DNA from: a virus
Lineage: Duplodnaviria > Heunggongvirae > Uroviricota > Caudoviricetes
Virus record (IMG/VR): IMGVR_UViG_3300018475_000095
Strand: one strand, 5' to 3'
Length of the DNA: 64,000 nt
Shown: in pieces, positions 12,042 to 21,240 of the stretch
Numbering within the stretch: the stretch's first letter is position 1
Layout of the letters: each line of letters opens with the position of its first letter
Position numbers and translations under genes: made by a program
Notes under the pieces: model-generated
Seen by the model: the letters and a program-made list of their open reading frames with translations, nothing else
Told to the model about the DNA's origin: nothing
The model's database searches: none

Positions 12042-12434
12042 TTAAACTAATTGCATTGAATTCATATTAATTTCTATAGCAACAGTACCTTCAGCTATTT
12101 CTTTCTTACCATCATCTACTGAAACAACTTTAATATAAAATTCATTTGGTATATTAGTTAATCTAACACCTCTAGCTATATCGTTTAATTCATTATTAGG
12201 CGATATTTCATCATTAAAGTTAATTGTAAATCTTTGAATAGTTAAAGGTTTTTGACTTATACCGCAATCGATACCTAATTCAAAAGTTATTCTTCTAACA
12301 TCTTTAGGATCTATAGTATCACCTTCTTGTTTAGTACCCTTAATTGCTATTAGATAGCAGTAATTAAAATTATCTGAATCTGTTTGTAACCATTCCCCTA
12401 AAGTTATTTTGCTGATTATATTTGATAGTGCCAT
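12042..12434 (-). CDS. hypothetical protein
   Basis: 130-aa ORF. Confidence 0.55.
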   Translation of the reverse strand: MALSNIISKITLGEWLQTDSDNFNYCYLIAIKGTKQEGDTIDPKDVRRITFELGIDCGISQKPLTIQRFTINFNDEISPNNELNDIARGVRLTNIPNEFYIKVVSVDDGKKEIAEGTVAIEINMNSMQLV

Positions 12435-12448
12435 TTATTCTTCTCTCC

Positions 12449-13261
12449 TTACAAAGTATCTAATAATTGATTTTTCTTTTGATTATATTCTTCTTCTGTT
12501 ATTAAATTGTTATCTTTCAATTCTTTTAACTTTCTTAACTTATCTTGAAGTCTAAATGAAGAAGTTATTTTTTGATTTTTATCTTTCTTTGCTTGTTCTT
12601 CTTCCATTTGTTCTTCTAATTCTTTTATAGCTTCTTCTGTTTCTAAGTAGTCTGGTTTTTTAATTACATAACTATAAAGCATATAGAATATTGTAAGAAC
12701 TATTAAAGCCCAAGCAATTGAAATCATAATCCAAAGCAGTGCTTGTGAACTTATAAACATTGTTAATAAACAAGTAATTGCTAATCCAATCCATAATATA
12801 CTAAATAATAATTCACACCACCAATTGAAATGTTTTTCTTTTATACTTCTAATTGTAACAAATATTTTCCATATACCTATAACTGAAAGAAAACAAGTTA
12901 AGAATATTCTTATGTCTGAAGTACCTATAAATATACCATGCATTATTTTATCTAATTGCAATACACTTAATAATATACCGCTTATAATTATTAAAGCACC
13001 CATACATAAGGTTAATATACCATCTGCACATAGATAATTTCGTTTAGCTTTATAATCAGTAAATACATTTATTTGTAATATACCTTGCCAAATAAGTAAA
13101 ATTAACATTAAACTTATTGTGTATATAAAAGTCATAGTCAATTTACTTTCAAATGTAACTGTTAATAAACTTGTTAGCATTATTAAAGTAATGAATGCAA
13201 GGCCAGTTAAAACACTGGCCACGATGCATTTTATTTTTGTTGAATTTGATAAAAATTTCAT
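12449..13261 (-). CDS. polytopic membrane protein with C-terminal SHOCT-like motif
   Basis: Multiple TM segments; C-terminal LKELKDNNLITEEEYNQKKNQLL resembles SHOCT. Confidence 0.55.
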   Translation of the reverse strand: MKFLSNSTKIKCIVASVLTGLAFITLIMLTSLLTVTFESKLTMTFIYTISLMLILLIWQGILQINVFTDYKAKRNYLCADGILTLCMGALIIISGILLSVLQLDKIMHGIFIGTSDIRIFLTCFLSVIGIWKIFVTIRSIKEKHFNWWCELLFSILWIGLAITCLLTMFISSQALLWIMISIAWALIVLTIFYMLYSYVIKKPDYLETEEAIKELEEQMEEEQAKKDKNQKITSSFRLQDKLRKLKELKDNNLITEEEYNQKKNQLLDTL

Positions 13262-13270
13262 TCAACCTCC

Positions 13271-14740
13271 TTATTCTCGGTTAAAATCTAAATCTATCAC
13301 TAAATGCCCATTTTCATATCCTGATCTTGATCTTACTTCTAGGGCAAGAGTAAATGGTTGATCGAATCTAGAACTGTCTATTAAAGCATTAATAGCTCTT
13401 TTTATTTCTTTTATAAACATTTCTGAATCTTCAGTTGTAAACTCTCCTTGAGTTATCCAAGTAAATTCGATAACATCATCACTTGTAACTTCACTATCCC
13501 ACATTTTAAATCTCATATTATCTGGGATATTAGATTCATTTATCTTTGTTTCTGCGAATGGAGGATATGGATCACCTCTAAAACGCGGACTATTTACTCT
13601 AATCATATTAGCAAACATTTTTAAATCTTCTTCAGAATAATCATTTTCATCTAATGTTTCAGGATCAAGTTCATCTTCAAATAATTTAGATTCTAAAAAT
13701 TTATTTAGATCTTCTACTTTATTTTCTTGCAACAATGCGACTATTTGTTTTTTATCCTCATTTGTTAACTTACAAGCTTCATACATATTAACTAAATCGG
13801 TTTCGCAAGTATCCATATCAATCTTATTTAATTCTTCTCTGATATTCATCTTTGATTCAACTCCCCTATTAATATATTCTCTTGGTTCGTAGTTGTACAG
13901 CCTACCACCAACATATGTAAATAATTTAGGTCCTTCATCTTTCGTTGTTATAATTAAATGCGAGTTATCAAAGGTTTTTTCATCTATAACTTCTTCTACT
14001 CTAATTATATCAGAATAGTTAAAATAACCAGCCCTTACTATATCATCAACAATGCCTGATAAATTATCTATTATATCTTCTTTTGATTCTTCTTTATTAT
14101 TTGAAGTTAATTCAATTCCTTTATATTCTATGCTTTCACTCATAGCTGTGCTAGATGTACTTGTTTCACTAGATCCCATATTTTTATTAAATGTTGCTAT
14201 CCCTTTTTCTACATTACCAGCGTTCAACTTAACAAATGCTCCTAATCCTTTTTGATGCTTTTTAGCAAATTCTTCTGCATCTTTTAAAGGATTTTTTGAT
14301 TCATTTTCTAATAATTTCATTTCTCTTATCACTCCACATGCTATCTTATCTCCAGCATCACCTGCTGGTTGACTTGTAAAATCATCTCTCTGTGAATGCA
14401 ATATAATTGCTTTTCCAATGATTTCATCGACTGTAAATCTATCTGTTTCTTGTTCTATATGAACTTTTCCGGTTGATGTATTTATAGAAGATAAATCACC
14501 TTTATGATTTGGATGTCTTTTTCTATCTGGATTGTAATGCTTACCTACATCTTTAAATTCATCTTGCTCATCTCCTGAGCAATTACCTTTAGCATGTATA
14601 TGAAATCCTAAGAAAGTTGATTTTGGTAATCCTTTTATATCAGCTGTAATTTTTACTTTATCGTCCAACTGGGTAAATTTAACTTCTCCACTTATATCTG
14701 GATGTTTACTATTACCATATATTCTAGCTATTGCATTCAT
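13271..14740 (-). CDS. sodC: Cu/Zn superoxide dismutase domain fused to a ~340-aa C-terminal extension
   Basis: GFHIHAKGNC, HYNP, HKGDL and DKIACGVI match the SodC metal-binding and signature motifs. Confidence 0.8.
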   Translation of the reverse strand: MNAIARIYGNSKHPDISGEVKFTQLDDKVKITADIKGLPKSTFLGFHIHAKGNCSGDEQDEFKDVGKHYNPDRKRHPNHKGDLSSINTSTGKVHIEQETDRFTVDEIIGKAIILHSQRDDFTSQPAGDAGDKIACGVIREMKLLENESKNPLKDAEEFAKKHQKGLGAFVKLNAGNVEKGIATFNKNMGSSETSTSSTAMSESIEYKGIELTSNNKEESKEDIIDNLSGIVDDIVRAGYFNYSDIIRVEEVIDEKTFDNSHLIITTKDEGPKLFTYVGGRLYNYEPREYINRGVESKMNIREELNKIDMDTCETDLVNMYEACKLTNEDKKQIVALLQENKVEDLNKFLESKLFEDELDPETLDENDYSEEDLKMFANMIRVNSPRFRGDPYPPFAETKINESNIPDNMRFKMWDSEVTSDDVIEFTWITQGEFTTEDSEMFIKEIKRAINALIDSSRFDQPFTLALEVRSRSGYENGHLVIDLDFNRE

Positions 14741-15043
14741 CTATCTTCTAGTATCTCCTCTTTACGATAAATTTAGCTAAAACTTTTGAAATTAAATTCT
14801 GTTTGGATTAAATTTTTTAATTTTAGCGCTGTAAACTCGTTTAGAGTTTACATAAACATTATTTTTCATAATTTTTGCTGCGCTATAGCTATCATAATCA
14901 ATCTATATCAAGCATATATTATATATATTAATATTATTTATAGAGACTTTAAGTCTCTATAATATATTTATATAAGCGCTTATATAGAAGCTTTGTAGCA
15001 AACTTTAATTATTTAAGTAAGGTTTACACTGGAGTTTACTTTT
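14741..15043. promoter_or_regulatory. long AT-rich non-coding region with perfect palindromes and five GTTTAC repeats
   Basis: TATAGAGACTT-T-AAGTCTCTATA, TATAAGCGCTTATA and GTAAACTCGTTTAGAGTTTAC, plus GTTTAC repeated five times within about 230 bp. Confidence 0.45.
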
Positions 15044-15214
15044 TTATACTTTTTTAGTTTTAAGTTTACCGCAGTTTACACATTGAAGAACATACTTATG
15101 ATATATTGGTAAATCATTTTTTGTATTATTTGTTTTTAACCAATGATTAAAATCATCATCATAAACTTGCACTACTTTTATAATCTTATATTTATGTTTA
15201 CAGAACCAACACAT
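15044..15214 (-). CDS. small C4 zinc-ribbon protein (56 aa)
   Basis: GAGGT upstream; ATG overlaps the upstream stop; paired CWFC and CVNC motifs. Below the ORF-track size cutoff. Confidence 0.3.
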   Translation of the reverse strand: MCWFCKHKYKIIKVVQVYDDDFNHWLKTNNTKNDLPIYHKYVLQCVNCGKLKTKKV

Positions 15215-15216
15215 AT

Positions 15217-15453
15217 CTACCTCTTTTTATAATTAAATTCATTTAGACCTACTGTCATTCCAACAATAGTTTTAATTTCATTCCATCTATTATCTTCTTT
15301 TAGGTGTGGATTTATAGTACTAGGTTGTCGCTTTAAATAATCAATAATACCAAGTACATTCCCTACATATAACATATCATCATATACATAAGGTTCAAAT
15401 TCTGGATAGTTCATGTTTCTTGCCAATACTCTAAAATATGGACTTTCTGTCAT
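15217..15453 (-). CDS. hypothetical protein; frame stays open upstream through a TAG (15514-15516) to an RBS-equipped ATG at 15564
   Basis: AGGAGGG then ATG at 15564..15562, 16 codons, a TAG, then in frame into this ORF (verified). Confidence 0.5.
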   Translation of the reverse strand: MTESPYFRVLARNMNYPEFEPYVYDDMLYVGNVLGIIDYLKRQPSTINPHLKEDNRWNEIKTIVGMTVGLNEFNYKKR

Positions 15454-15556
15454 AGTTAATTCAAAATCTGCAAGACCATTATTAAATGTAATTACATTTC
15501 CTAATGCAAGATACTAGTAAAATATTGATATATCACTCATTGCTAATAATTCTTCT

Positions 15557-15880
15557 TTATTCATTAGACCCTCCTAGCTGTTTCATCTTTAAAAATTCAT
15601 TTAAGCCTTTGTGTACTATATACTGATTTAACATAAATTTACCCTCTGATGTCAAACCACCCTCAATTATTCTTCCATCCTCAATATTATCTACTGCTAA
15701 GTCAATCAGATTATCACATTCTTTAGCAATTAATCCTATTTTCAATGGCTCATAACTTATAGATTGTTCTTGACTTAATTTAATCATATCTTCCTCAGAT
15801 ATCTCATAAGCGATAATACTTACATCAATCTTATCACCAACAGTGAACTGCTTAAAAGTTTTGTTAAAATATGTAATCAT
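15557..15880 (-). CDS. hypothetical protein
   Basis: 107-aa ORF. Confidence 0.55.
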   Translation of the reverse strand: MITYFNKTFKQFTVGDKIDVSIIAYEISEEDMIKLSQEQSISYEPLKIGLIAKECDNLIDLAVDNIEDGRIIEGGLTSEGKFMLNQYIVHKGLNEFLKMKQLGGSNE

Positions 15881-15892
15881 ACAATAAATCTC

Positions 15893-16354
15893 CTAGAATG
15901 CACTTTCTTTATTAATTTTAGACGCTTCTTTTTTCTGCATTTTTATATCTTCTAGAATCGCCTTATTAACTGTTAGTTCTAGAGTATTAGATAGTATGCA
16001 AACAAAGTTCCAATATCCTTTTGGATTCTTTCTCCATAACTCATCTTGATATCCCTTTCTTATGTAAAATATCCTCTCTACTTTATATTTAGATTTTACT
16101 TTTTCAATAATCTTTAATTCTCTAGGTTTTAATTCATTTACAGTAAATTTATTAATATTAGGCTGTTTGATTGAATCTTGATATGTTTTCTGTTGTGAGA
16201 CAAGCTGCTCTTGTTTATCTCTAACTTTACAAATTTTATTTTCATTTAATTTGGCTAATTGATATGGTTTTAATGCTTCTAAAACAGATTTTTTGCTAAC
16301 ATGTTTATTATTTTTGTAATACTTCTTATCATCGCGAATTTCATATATAGTCAT
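15893..16354 (-). CDS. basic hypothetical protein
   Basis: 153-aa K-rich ORF. Confidence 0.55.
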   Translation of the reverse strand: MTIYEIRDDKKYYKNNKHVSKKSVLEALKPYQLAKLNENKICKVRDKQEQLVSQQKTYQDSIKQPNINKFTVNELKPRELKIIEKVKSKYKVERIFYIRKGYQDELWRKNPKGYWNFVCILSNTLELTVNKAILEDIKMQKKEASKINKESAF

Positions 16355-16355
16355 A

Positions 16356-17384
16356 TTATCTCCAAATTTGATTTAATTCAGGGCATTGAACGATTTCAAG
16401 CATCTCATTTATATTATTTTTTAATTTATAATGATTACTTCTTGATTGAATGCTATTTTTAGCAAAAGTTTCATTAACTAAATCTATATACATTGTATGT
16501 GAACCTTCATCTCCTCTATAAAAAGATGACCATGTTTTCTCACTTAATTTCCCTTTCATCTCAAGTTGTTCGATAGCTAAGTTATCAAAAGATGTTACTT
16601 CAAAATGTTCAGTTAAATCTAATATATTTTCTTTTAACCATTTGATATTTTTAGAAACTTTGTCTCCTAAAAATAAATTGTAATCTACACCTCTACCAAA
16701 TTCTTTATACCCTAAAATAAGTATCTTTAAACCCTGGTCTTTCAATTGGTTATATTGCTCTGCTGTGGTTATACCTGCAATAGTATGAATAACAGATGTT
16801 GAATGTTCTTTACACCAATCAATCATATTTTGTGTGTAAGTAGATGGACTAACACCAATACCATGAATATAACTATCATCTAACCATTTCTCGATAATTT
16901 CTTTATTTCTCATCAAAGTAATTTCATTAACAGTTAAATTTGCAAGTATGTCTCTTTCTTTACAAAATTCTAATAATAAATCTAAATCTTCATGTAAAGG
17001 TTCATTACCATTAATTGCCAATTCAGTGCCAGGGTGCAAAGAGTATAAGAAACTATTTTTATCTTCAATAAATTTTTTAATGTTAGCTTCTTTACCATTT
17101 GGTGTACACTCCAAATAACAGAATTTACAACCCATGTTACATCTTTCAGATATAGACATATCACAATTAAGTGGAAAATCTGCTTTAAATTCTTCATCTG
17201 ATAAAACAGTAGTTATTTGTGTTCCATCTTTTCTATTTATCTCGCAGATACCATTTCCATTTTTAAATTGAATCCAATCTCCTTGTTGTTTTCTATATGC
17301 ATATTGCATAGCAAAATTACAAATTTCTTTGTCTTTAAGTTGTTCTTCAGTTAATCCTAATTCTTCTATTACATCTTTAAACAT
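16356..17384 (-). CDS. radical SAM enzyme of unknown function
   Basis: CNMGCKFC is a CxxxCxxC cluster; 342 aa. Confidence 0.75.
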   Translation of the reverse strand: MFKDVIEELGLTEEQLKDKEICNFAMQYAYRKQQGDWIQFKNGNGICEINRKDGTQITTVLSDEEFKADFPLNCDMSISERCNMGCKFCYLECTPNGKEANIKKFIEDKNSFLYSLHPGTELAINGNEPLHEDLDLLLEFCKERDILANLTVNEITLMRNKEIIEKWLDDSYIHGIGVSPSTYTQNMIDWCKEHSTSVIHTIAGITTAEQYNQLKDQGLKILILGYKEFGRGVDYNLFLGDKVSKNIKWLKENILDLTEHFEVTSFDNLAIEQLEMKGKLSEKTWSSFYRGDEGSHTMYIDLVNETFAKNSIQSRSNHYKLKNNINEMLEIVQCPELNQIWR

Positions 17385-17385
17385 A

Positions 17386-17595
17386 TTATTCTCCTTCTCT
17401 TATATAATACAGTTCCACACGCTCTTCATAATGCGCTTGAACACAATTATCTTCAATTATTATCTTTCTTTCTCCTGGGCAATTCCTATAAACCCATCTA
17501 ATCAAGTCTTCAAAACTAAAATCTTTCTCTGGTATAAACATTCTATCTTCTTTGCTTGTCTTGAATAGACTAATTACTTTGCATGTAACTACCAT
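17386..17595 (-). CDS. hypothetical protein
   Basis: 69-aa ORF. Confidence 0.45.
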   Translation of the reverse strand: MVVTCKVISLFKTSKEDRMFIPEKDFSFEDLIRWVYRNCPGERKIIIEDNCVQAHYEERVELYYIREGE

Positions 17596-17599
17596 AATA

Positions 17600-17650
17600 C
17601 CTCCTATTTAATCATCCATATTATATATTATACAAAATAAAAAGTAAACT
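17600..17650 (-). promoter_or_regulatory. class A promoter (AGTTTACT-N17-TATAAT) for gene 17386..17595
   Basis: One of 8 conserved copies; see findings. Confidence 0.5.
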
Positions 17651-17666
17651 AAATTTCATTAAAAAA

Positions 17667-17688
17667 GAAGAATTATTTAAAATTCTTC
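17667..17688 (-). terminator. intrinsic terminator hairpin after gene 17677..18231
   Basis: GAAGAATT / AATTCTTC stem followed by a U-run on the minus strand. Confidence 0.45.
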
Positions 17689-18231
17689 TTCATCAAATAT
17701 TATTTCAAAATTTTCTTTTTTATATTTTTCTTTGTCAATTATATCATCTCTTTCATCTATATAATTACCAAAATTTAGATCTCTCATTATACATATTTTA
17801 CTTGAAAAAACAACTTTTGCAAGATGATCTAAAATATATTCTTGCGCATTTTTTTCTAATAATGGTGCCATATGACAATTTATAACATCACAAAAACTTA
17901 TTATAGATCTATCATTACAATAACCTTTTTTACTATTCCAAGGCAAATCATATCTAGGTTTTTCAAAAATGCAATTTGGAAAAGTTTTGATAATTAGATC
18001 ATATAGCTTCCAATATTTAGATACTACCGAGTAACTATATAAATATGATAATATATCATAAGGCTCATCTAGTATCATATCATAATCAAAATTTTCCAAT
18101 GGAATATTTACTTCATATTCTGAAGCTAATAATTCAAACTGGGTATCTGTTTTATCCGTTTTGCAAATTGCTAAGCTATGAATAGATGAACTATTTGTTT
18201 CGAATGTATTATTTCTAATTTTTTGATTCAT
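17677..18231 (-). CDS. FETNSSS-family paralog 1
   Basis: N-terminal MNQKIRNNTFETNSSSIHSLAI is shared with three other ORFs in the window. Confidence 0.6.
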   Translation of the reverse strand: MNQKIRNNTFETNSSSIHSLAICKTDKTDTQFELLASEYEVNIPLENFDYDMILDEPYDILSYLYSYSVVSKYWKLYDLIIKTFPNCIFEKPRYDLPWNSKKGYCNDRSIISFCDVINCHMAPLLEKNAQEYILDHLAKVVFSSKICIMRDLNFGNYIDERDDIIDKEKYKKENFEIIFDEEEF

Positions 18232-18276
18232 TTTATTAATTTCTCCTTGTTATTTTTAATAATATTAATTCCTTAG

Positions 18277-18402
18277 TTAATATTTTACTAAAATAATCGC
18301 AACTAAAAAAAATAATAATGTCGCTATAAGAATTAGTAACCCTTCTATCATAATTAATTCCTTTTTAAAAATTTTATATCTTTTTATAAACCTTTCAATC
18401 AT
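18277..18402 (-). CDS. small hydrophobic peptide (41 aa)
   Basis: ATGA overlap with the upstream stop; single TM helix; below track cutoff. Confidence 0.3.
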   Translation of the reverse strand: MIERFIKRYKIFKKELIMIEGLLILIATLLFFLVAIILVKY

Positions 18403-18611
18403 TTATCCAATATTTCTTCTACTTTATGATATGTATGGATAGAACCGAGTATCCAACCAGCTGAAAAAGCAGAATTGTACGAAGTATCTTCTAATTTTAA
18501 TTCTTCTGATTTTATCTCAGTTTTAATGCTTTCTAAAATAGTTTTATCATCTCTTTTTGAAAGTTGTTTATCAAACATTATCTTCATTAGCAATTCTTGG
18601 TCTTTATTCAT
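18399..18611 (-). CDS. hypothetical protein
   Basis: 70-aa ORF. Confidence 0.45.
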   Translation of the reverse strand: MNKDQELLMKIMFDKQLSKRDDKTILESIKTEIKSEELKLEDTSYNSAFSAGWILGSIHTYHKVEEILDK

Positions 18612-19272
18612 TCACAGAACCCTCTTTTGTGGTATCAATATTTACATATATAGGCGTATTATAAAGATCCCAATAATTAGCATAATCTTTCCAAGCTTTA
18701 TTCAAAATATCTTCTTTATGTTTCTCTTTTAATTTAGATTCTTTTATTATTTCTTTGAAATGAGTATAAGCAATAAAATAGTTATTTTTTGCAAAATCAT
18801 CAAAACCTAATTTGTAAGCAGACATTAATAACTTTAAATTTTTTAATGTTTCTTTTCGTGCATTAATTTCTGTGTCAGTTACATTAAATGGGTCTAAGAC
18901 TTCTAACTTACCTATTTTAAATCTATCATCTTTACCGCTAATAAATTTATAATTTAAAAATTTATCTTTAATAACAAAATCTATTTCTTTATTTATTTCT
19001 TGAGCTTCTTTTGCAAGTCTTTTAAATTCATCTAATTGAGAAGTGACTGCATAACTACAATCTTGGAAAGACCAATCATTATTGCTTTTCACATAAATTT
19101 GCCCATCTTTTATATCTAAAGTATTAGGTGGTGTTAAACCTTCTTTAATTCCTCTTGCAATACTTTCTTTTAAAGAATTATTTGATTCTAATTGTTTATC
19201 CATACTGATAATTATATCAATTAATTCTTCTCTTGTACATTCTGCTAATTTCTTCATTTCCAAATCTGTCAT
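18604..19272 (-). CDS. hypothetical protein
   Basis: 222-aa ORF. Confidence 0.55.
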   Translation of the reverse strand: MTDLEMKKLAECTREELIDIIISMDKQLESNNSLKESIARGIKEGLTPPNTLDIKDGQIYVKSNNDWSFQDCSYAVTSQLDEFKRLAKEAQEINKEIDFVIKDKFLNYKFISGKDDRFKIGKLEVLDPFNVTDTEINARKETLKNLKLLMSAYKLGFDDFAKNNYFIAYTHFKEIIKESKLKEKHKEDILNKAWKDYANYWDLYNTPIYVNIDTTKEGSVNE

Positions 19273-20252
19273 TATTTTATCTCCTTACTATGATTAAATT
19301 GGTCAGCTTCATTTAACAATTTTAAATTATTAAATTTTATATCCCCAAATACTTGTCTCCACTTCCTTTCAGATTTTTCAGTTTTAATATTATACATATG
19401 CATATGATAATTTATGTAAAATACTATATCTAATGTAGTATCATATTTAGGATAATCTTCTCCTAATTGTTCTATCATATACCAAGACATATAATTACAT
19501 AATACTTTATAAGCACCAACATTGGCATGATTATAGTAATGTGCATTAGGGTCATTTTCTTTATATGTCTGCGTATCAAGTTTGCCTATATCATGTAATA
19601 ATCCTGCTTCATATAAAACATTATCTATATCATATAATTGATTAGCAACCGATTCTAAATGTTCATGTAATAATTGAGTATGATGTTTATTATGTTGGTC
19701 AAATCCAAATGCAGATTTCATCATATTATTAAAATTTTCTACAGACTCATTATGCCCTATAATATTATACAGTAATATGTTGTCCCATCCTTCTTCATAA
19801 AAAGGTACTTCAAAAGATTCTAAATATCTTCTAACCACTTCTAATGGAACTTGATGAGAATTTATATCTTCATTTCTTTTTTTAACTCTTTCTATACATA
19901 CTTCATAAGGCGTGTTTACTATGTAACAAATCTTTTTACAAGGTTCTTTTATATTTAAAAATATTTGTTTTCTAGATTTAATTGTAATATTAGTTGCATC
20001 TAGGATAACATTTAATCCTTGTTTCAAAGCTATATTTGCTTGATTATATAAGCGTCTAAAAATAAATTCATTGTTCTCATCTGGAAATTCTTTTCTTAAT
20101 TTATCACTAGATAATACAATCATGTTATATTTCAAACTCAATTCTTCTGCAATAGTTGATTTACCGGAACCTTGCAAACCACACATCACAACCAGTTTAG
20201 GTAACCTATCTTCTGCTATGTCTAATCCTATTATTTTTATATCTTTATTCAT
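19272..20252 (-). CDS. polynucleotide kinase (P-loop) fused to an HD-domain phosphohydrolase
   Basis: Walker A GLQGSGKST at the N-terminus; HD motif HEHLESV...LLHDIGK in the C-terminal half. Confidence 0.75.
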   Translation of the reverse strand: MNKDIKIIGLDIAEDRLPKLVVMCGLQGSGKSTIAEELSLKYNMIVLSSDKLRKEFPDENNEFIFRRLYNQANIALKQGLNVILDATNITIKSRKQIFLNIKEPCKKICYIVNTPYEVCIERVKKRNEDINSHQVPLEVVRRYLESFEVPFYEEGWDNILLYNIIGHNESVENFNNMMKSAFGFDQHNKHHTQLLHEHLESVANQLYDIDNVLYEAGLLHDIGKLDTQTYKENDPNAHYYNHANVGAYKVLCNYMSWYMIEQLGEDYPKYDTTLDIVFYINYHMHMYNIKTEKSERKWRQVFGDIKFNNLKLLNEADQFNHSKEIK

Positions 20253-20733
20253 GCTGATTGCCTCTCTTTAAGAAAGTTTCATTTTGTATAGTATAATTAT
20301 CTAATTCGGCTTCAAATTTAGCTATTTTCAATAATACTCTATTTATTTTCCTCCTTGCTTTATGGAGTTTTGTTAAAGAGGTATCTAACATAACTCTTAA
20401 TTTTTCAATTTCTTTACCTCTCTCAGCAATTTCTTGGCTTGATTTTGTATATTCTCTTTCCAAATTTATATATAATTTATATAACTCGTCAGATAATGTA
20501 AACTTACTAAATGAAGATTTCAATACTAGTTTTGCTTCTAGGTCGGTTACCTTGTCTTGCAATTTTTCGTTCTCATCTCTAAAATCTTGAGCAAGTTTCA
20601 ACCACATATTATCCAAACTAATATGAGTTTTATGGTCTTTATATAATTCATTATAACAGTTGTTACATAAGCCCATTTCCCAATGGATATCTCCTGTTAA
20701 AATTTCATTTCCGCATTTAACACATTTACTCAC
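20245..20733 (-). CDS. zinc-finger / coiled-coil protein
   Basis: CVKCGNE...CNNC at the N-terminus, followed by a coiled coil. Confidence 0.5.
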   Translation of the reverse strand: MSKCVKCGNEILTGDIHWEMGLCNNCYNELYKDHKTHISLDNMWLKLAQDFRDENEKLQDKVTDLEAKLVLKSSFSKFTLSDELYKLYINLEREYTKSSQEIAERGKEIEKLRVMLDTSLTKLHKARRKINRVLLKIAKFEAELDNYTIQNETFLKRGNQHE

Positions 20734-21196
20734 TTTTCATCATCTCCTTTTTGAGTTGTTCTACTTGGTTGTCGATTATTTCTTCAATATCGTCTAAAAA
20801 TAAGTTACAATAATTCTTTCGCCAGCTATTTAATATCAACGATTTTAAATTTTTAATTCGCTCTACTGCGAATGAGATTTTATCTTGGTTGCTTTCTACA
20901 AATTTTGCAAACTTTTGATGTAGCCAATTAAACTCTTTTTCTTTCTCTGCAAGATGTTGTTTGAGTTCGTAATTCTCATTGGTTTGCTCAATAAATTGTT
21001 TTTCATAGATAGCAATTCTTCTTTTAATTTGCTCATCTTTAGTATTAGTAAATTGCACGCTTTTAAATTTTTTAAAAAATTTGGCGGTGTCTCTTGCAAG
21101 GTCGTCAACCCGTATCCCATCGCACAAAGGCCAGTTGGCTCTATCCCTATAACCTTGATAAAAATCCTCTAACTGTTTTTCGAATTCTTTATCCAT
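20726..21196 (-). CDS. hypothetical coiled-coil protein
   Basis: 156-aa ORF. Confidence 0.5.
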   Translation of the reverse strand: MDKEFEKQLEDFYQGYRDRANWPLCDGIRVDDLARDTAKFFKKFKSVQFTNTKDEQIKRRIAIYEKQFIEQTNENYELKQHLAEKEKEFNWLHQKFAKFVESNQDKISFAVERIKNLKSLILNSWRKNYCNLFLDDIEEIIDNQVEQLKKEMMKSE

Positions 21197-21240
21197 TTTT
21201 ATAATCTCCTTATTAATTATTTATATTATACAATAATTAC

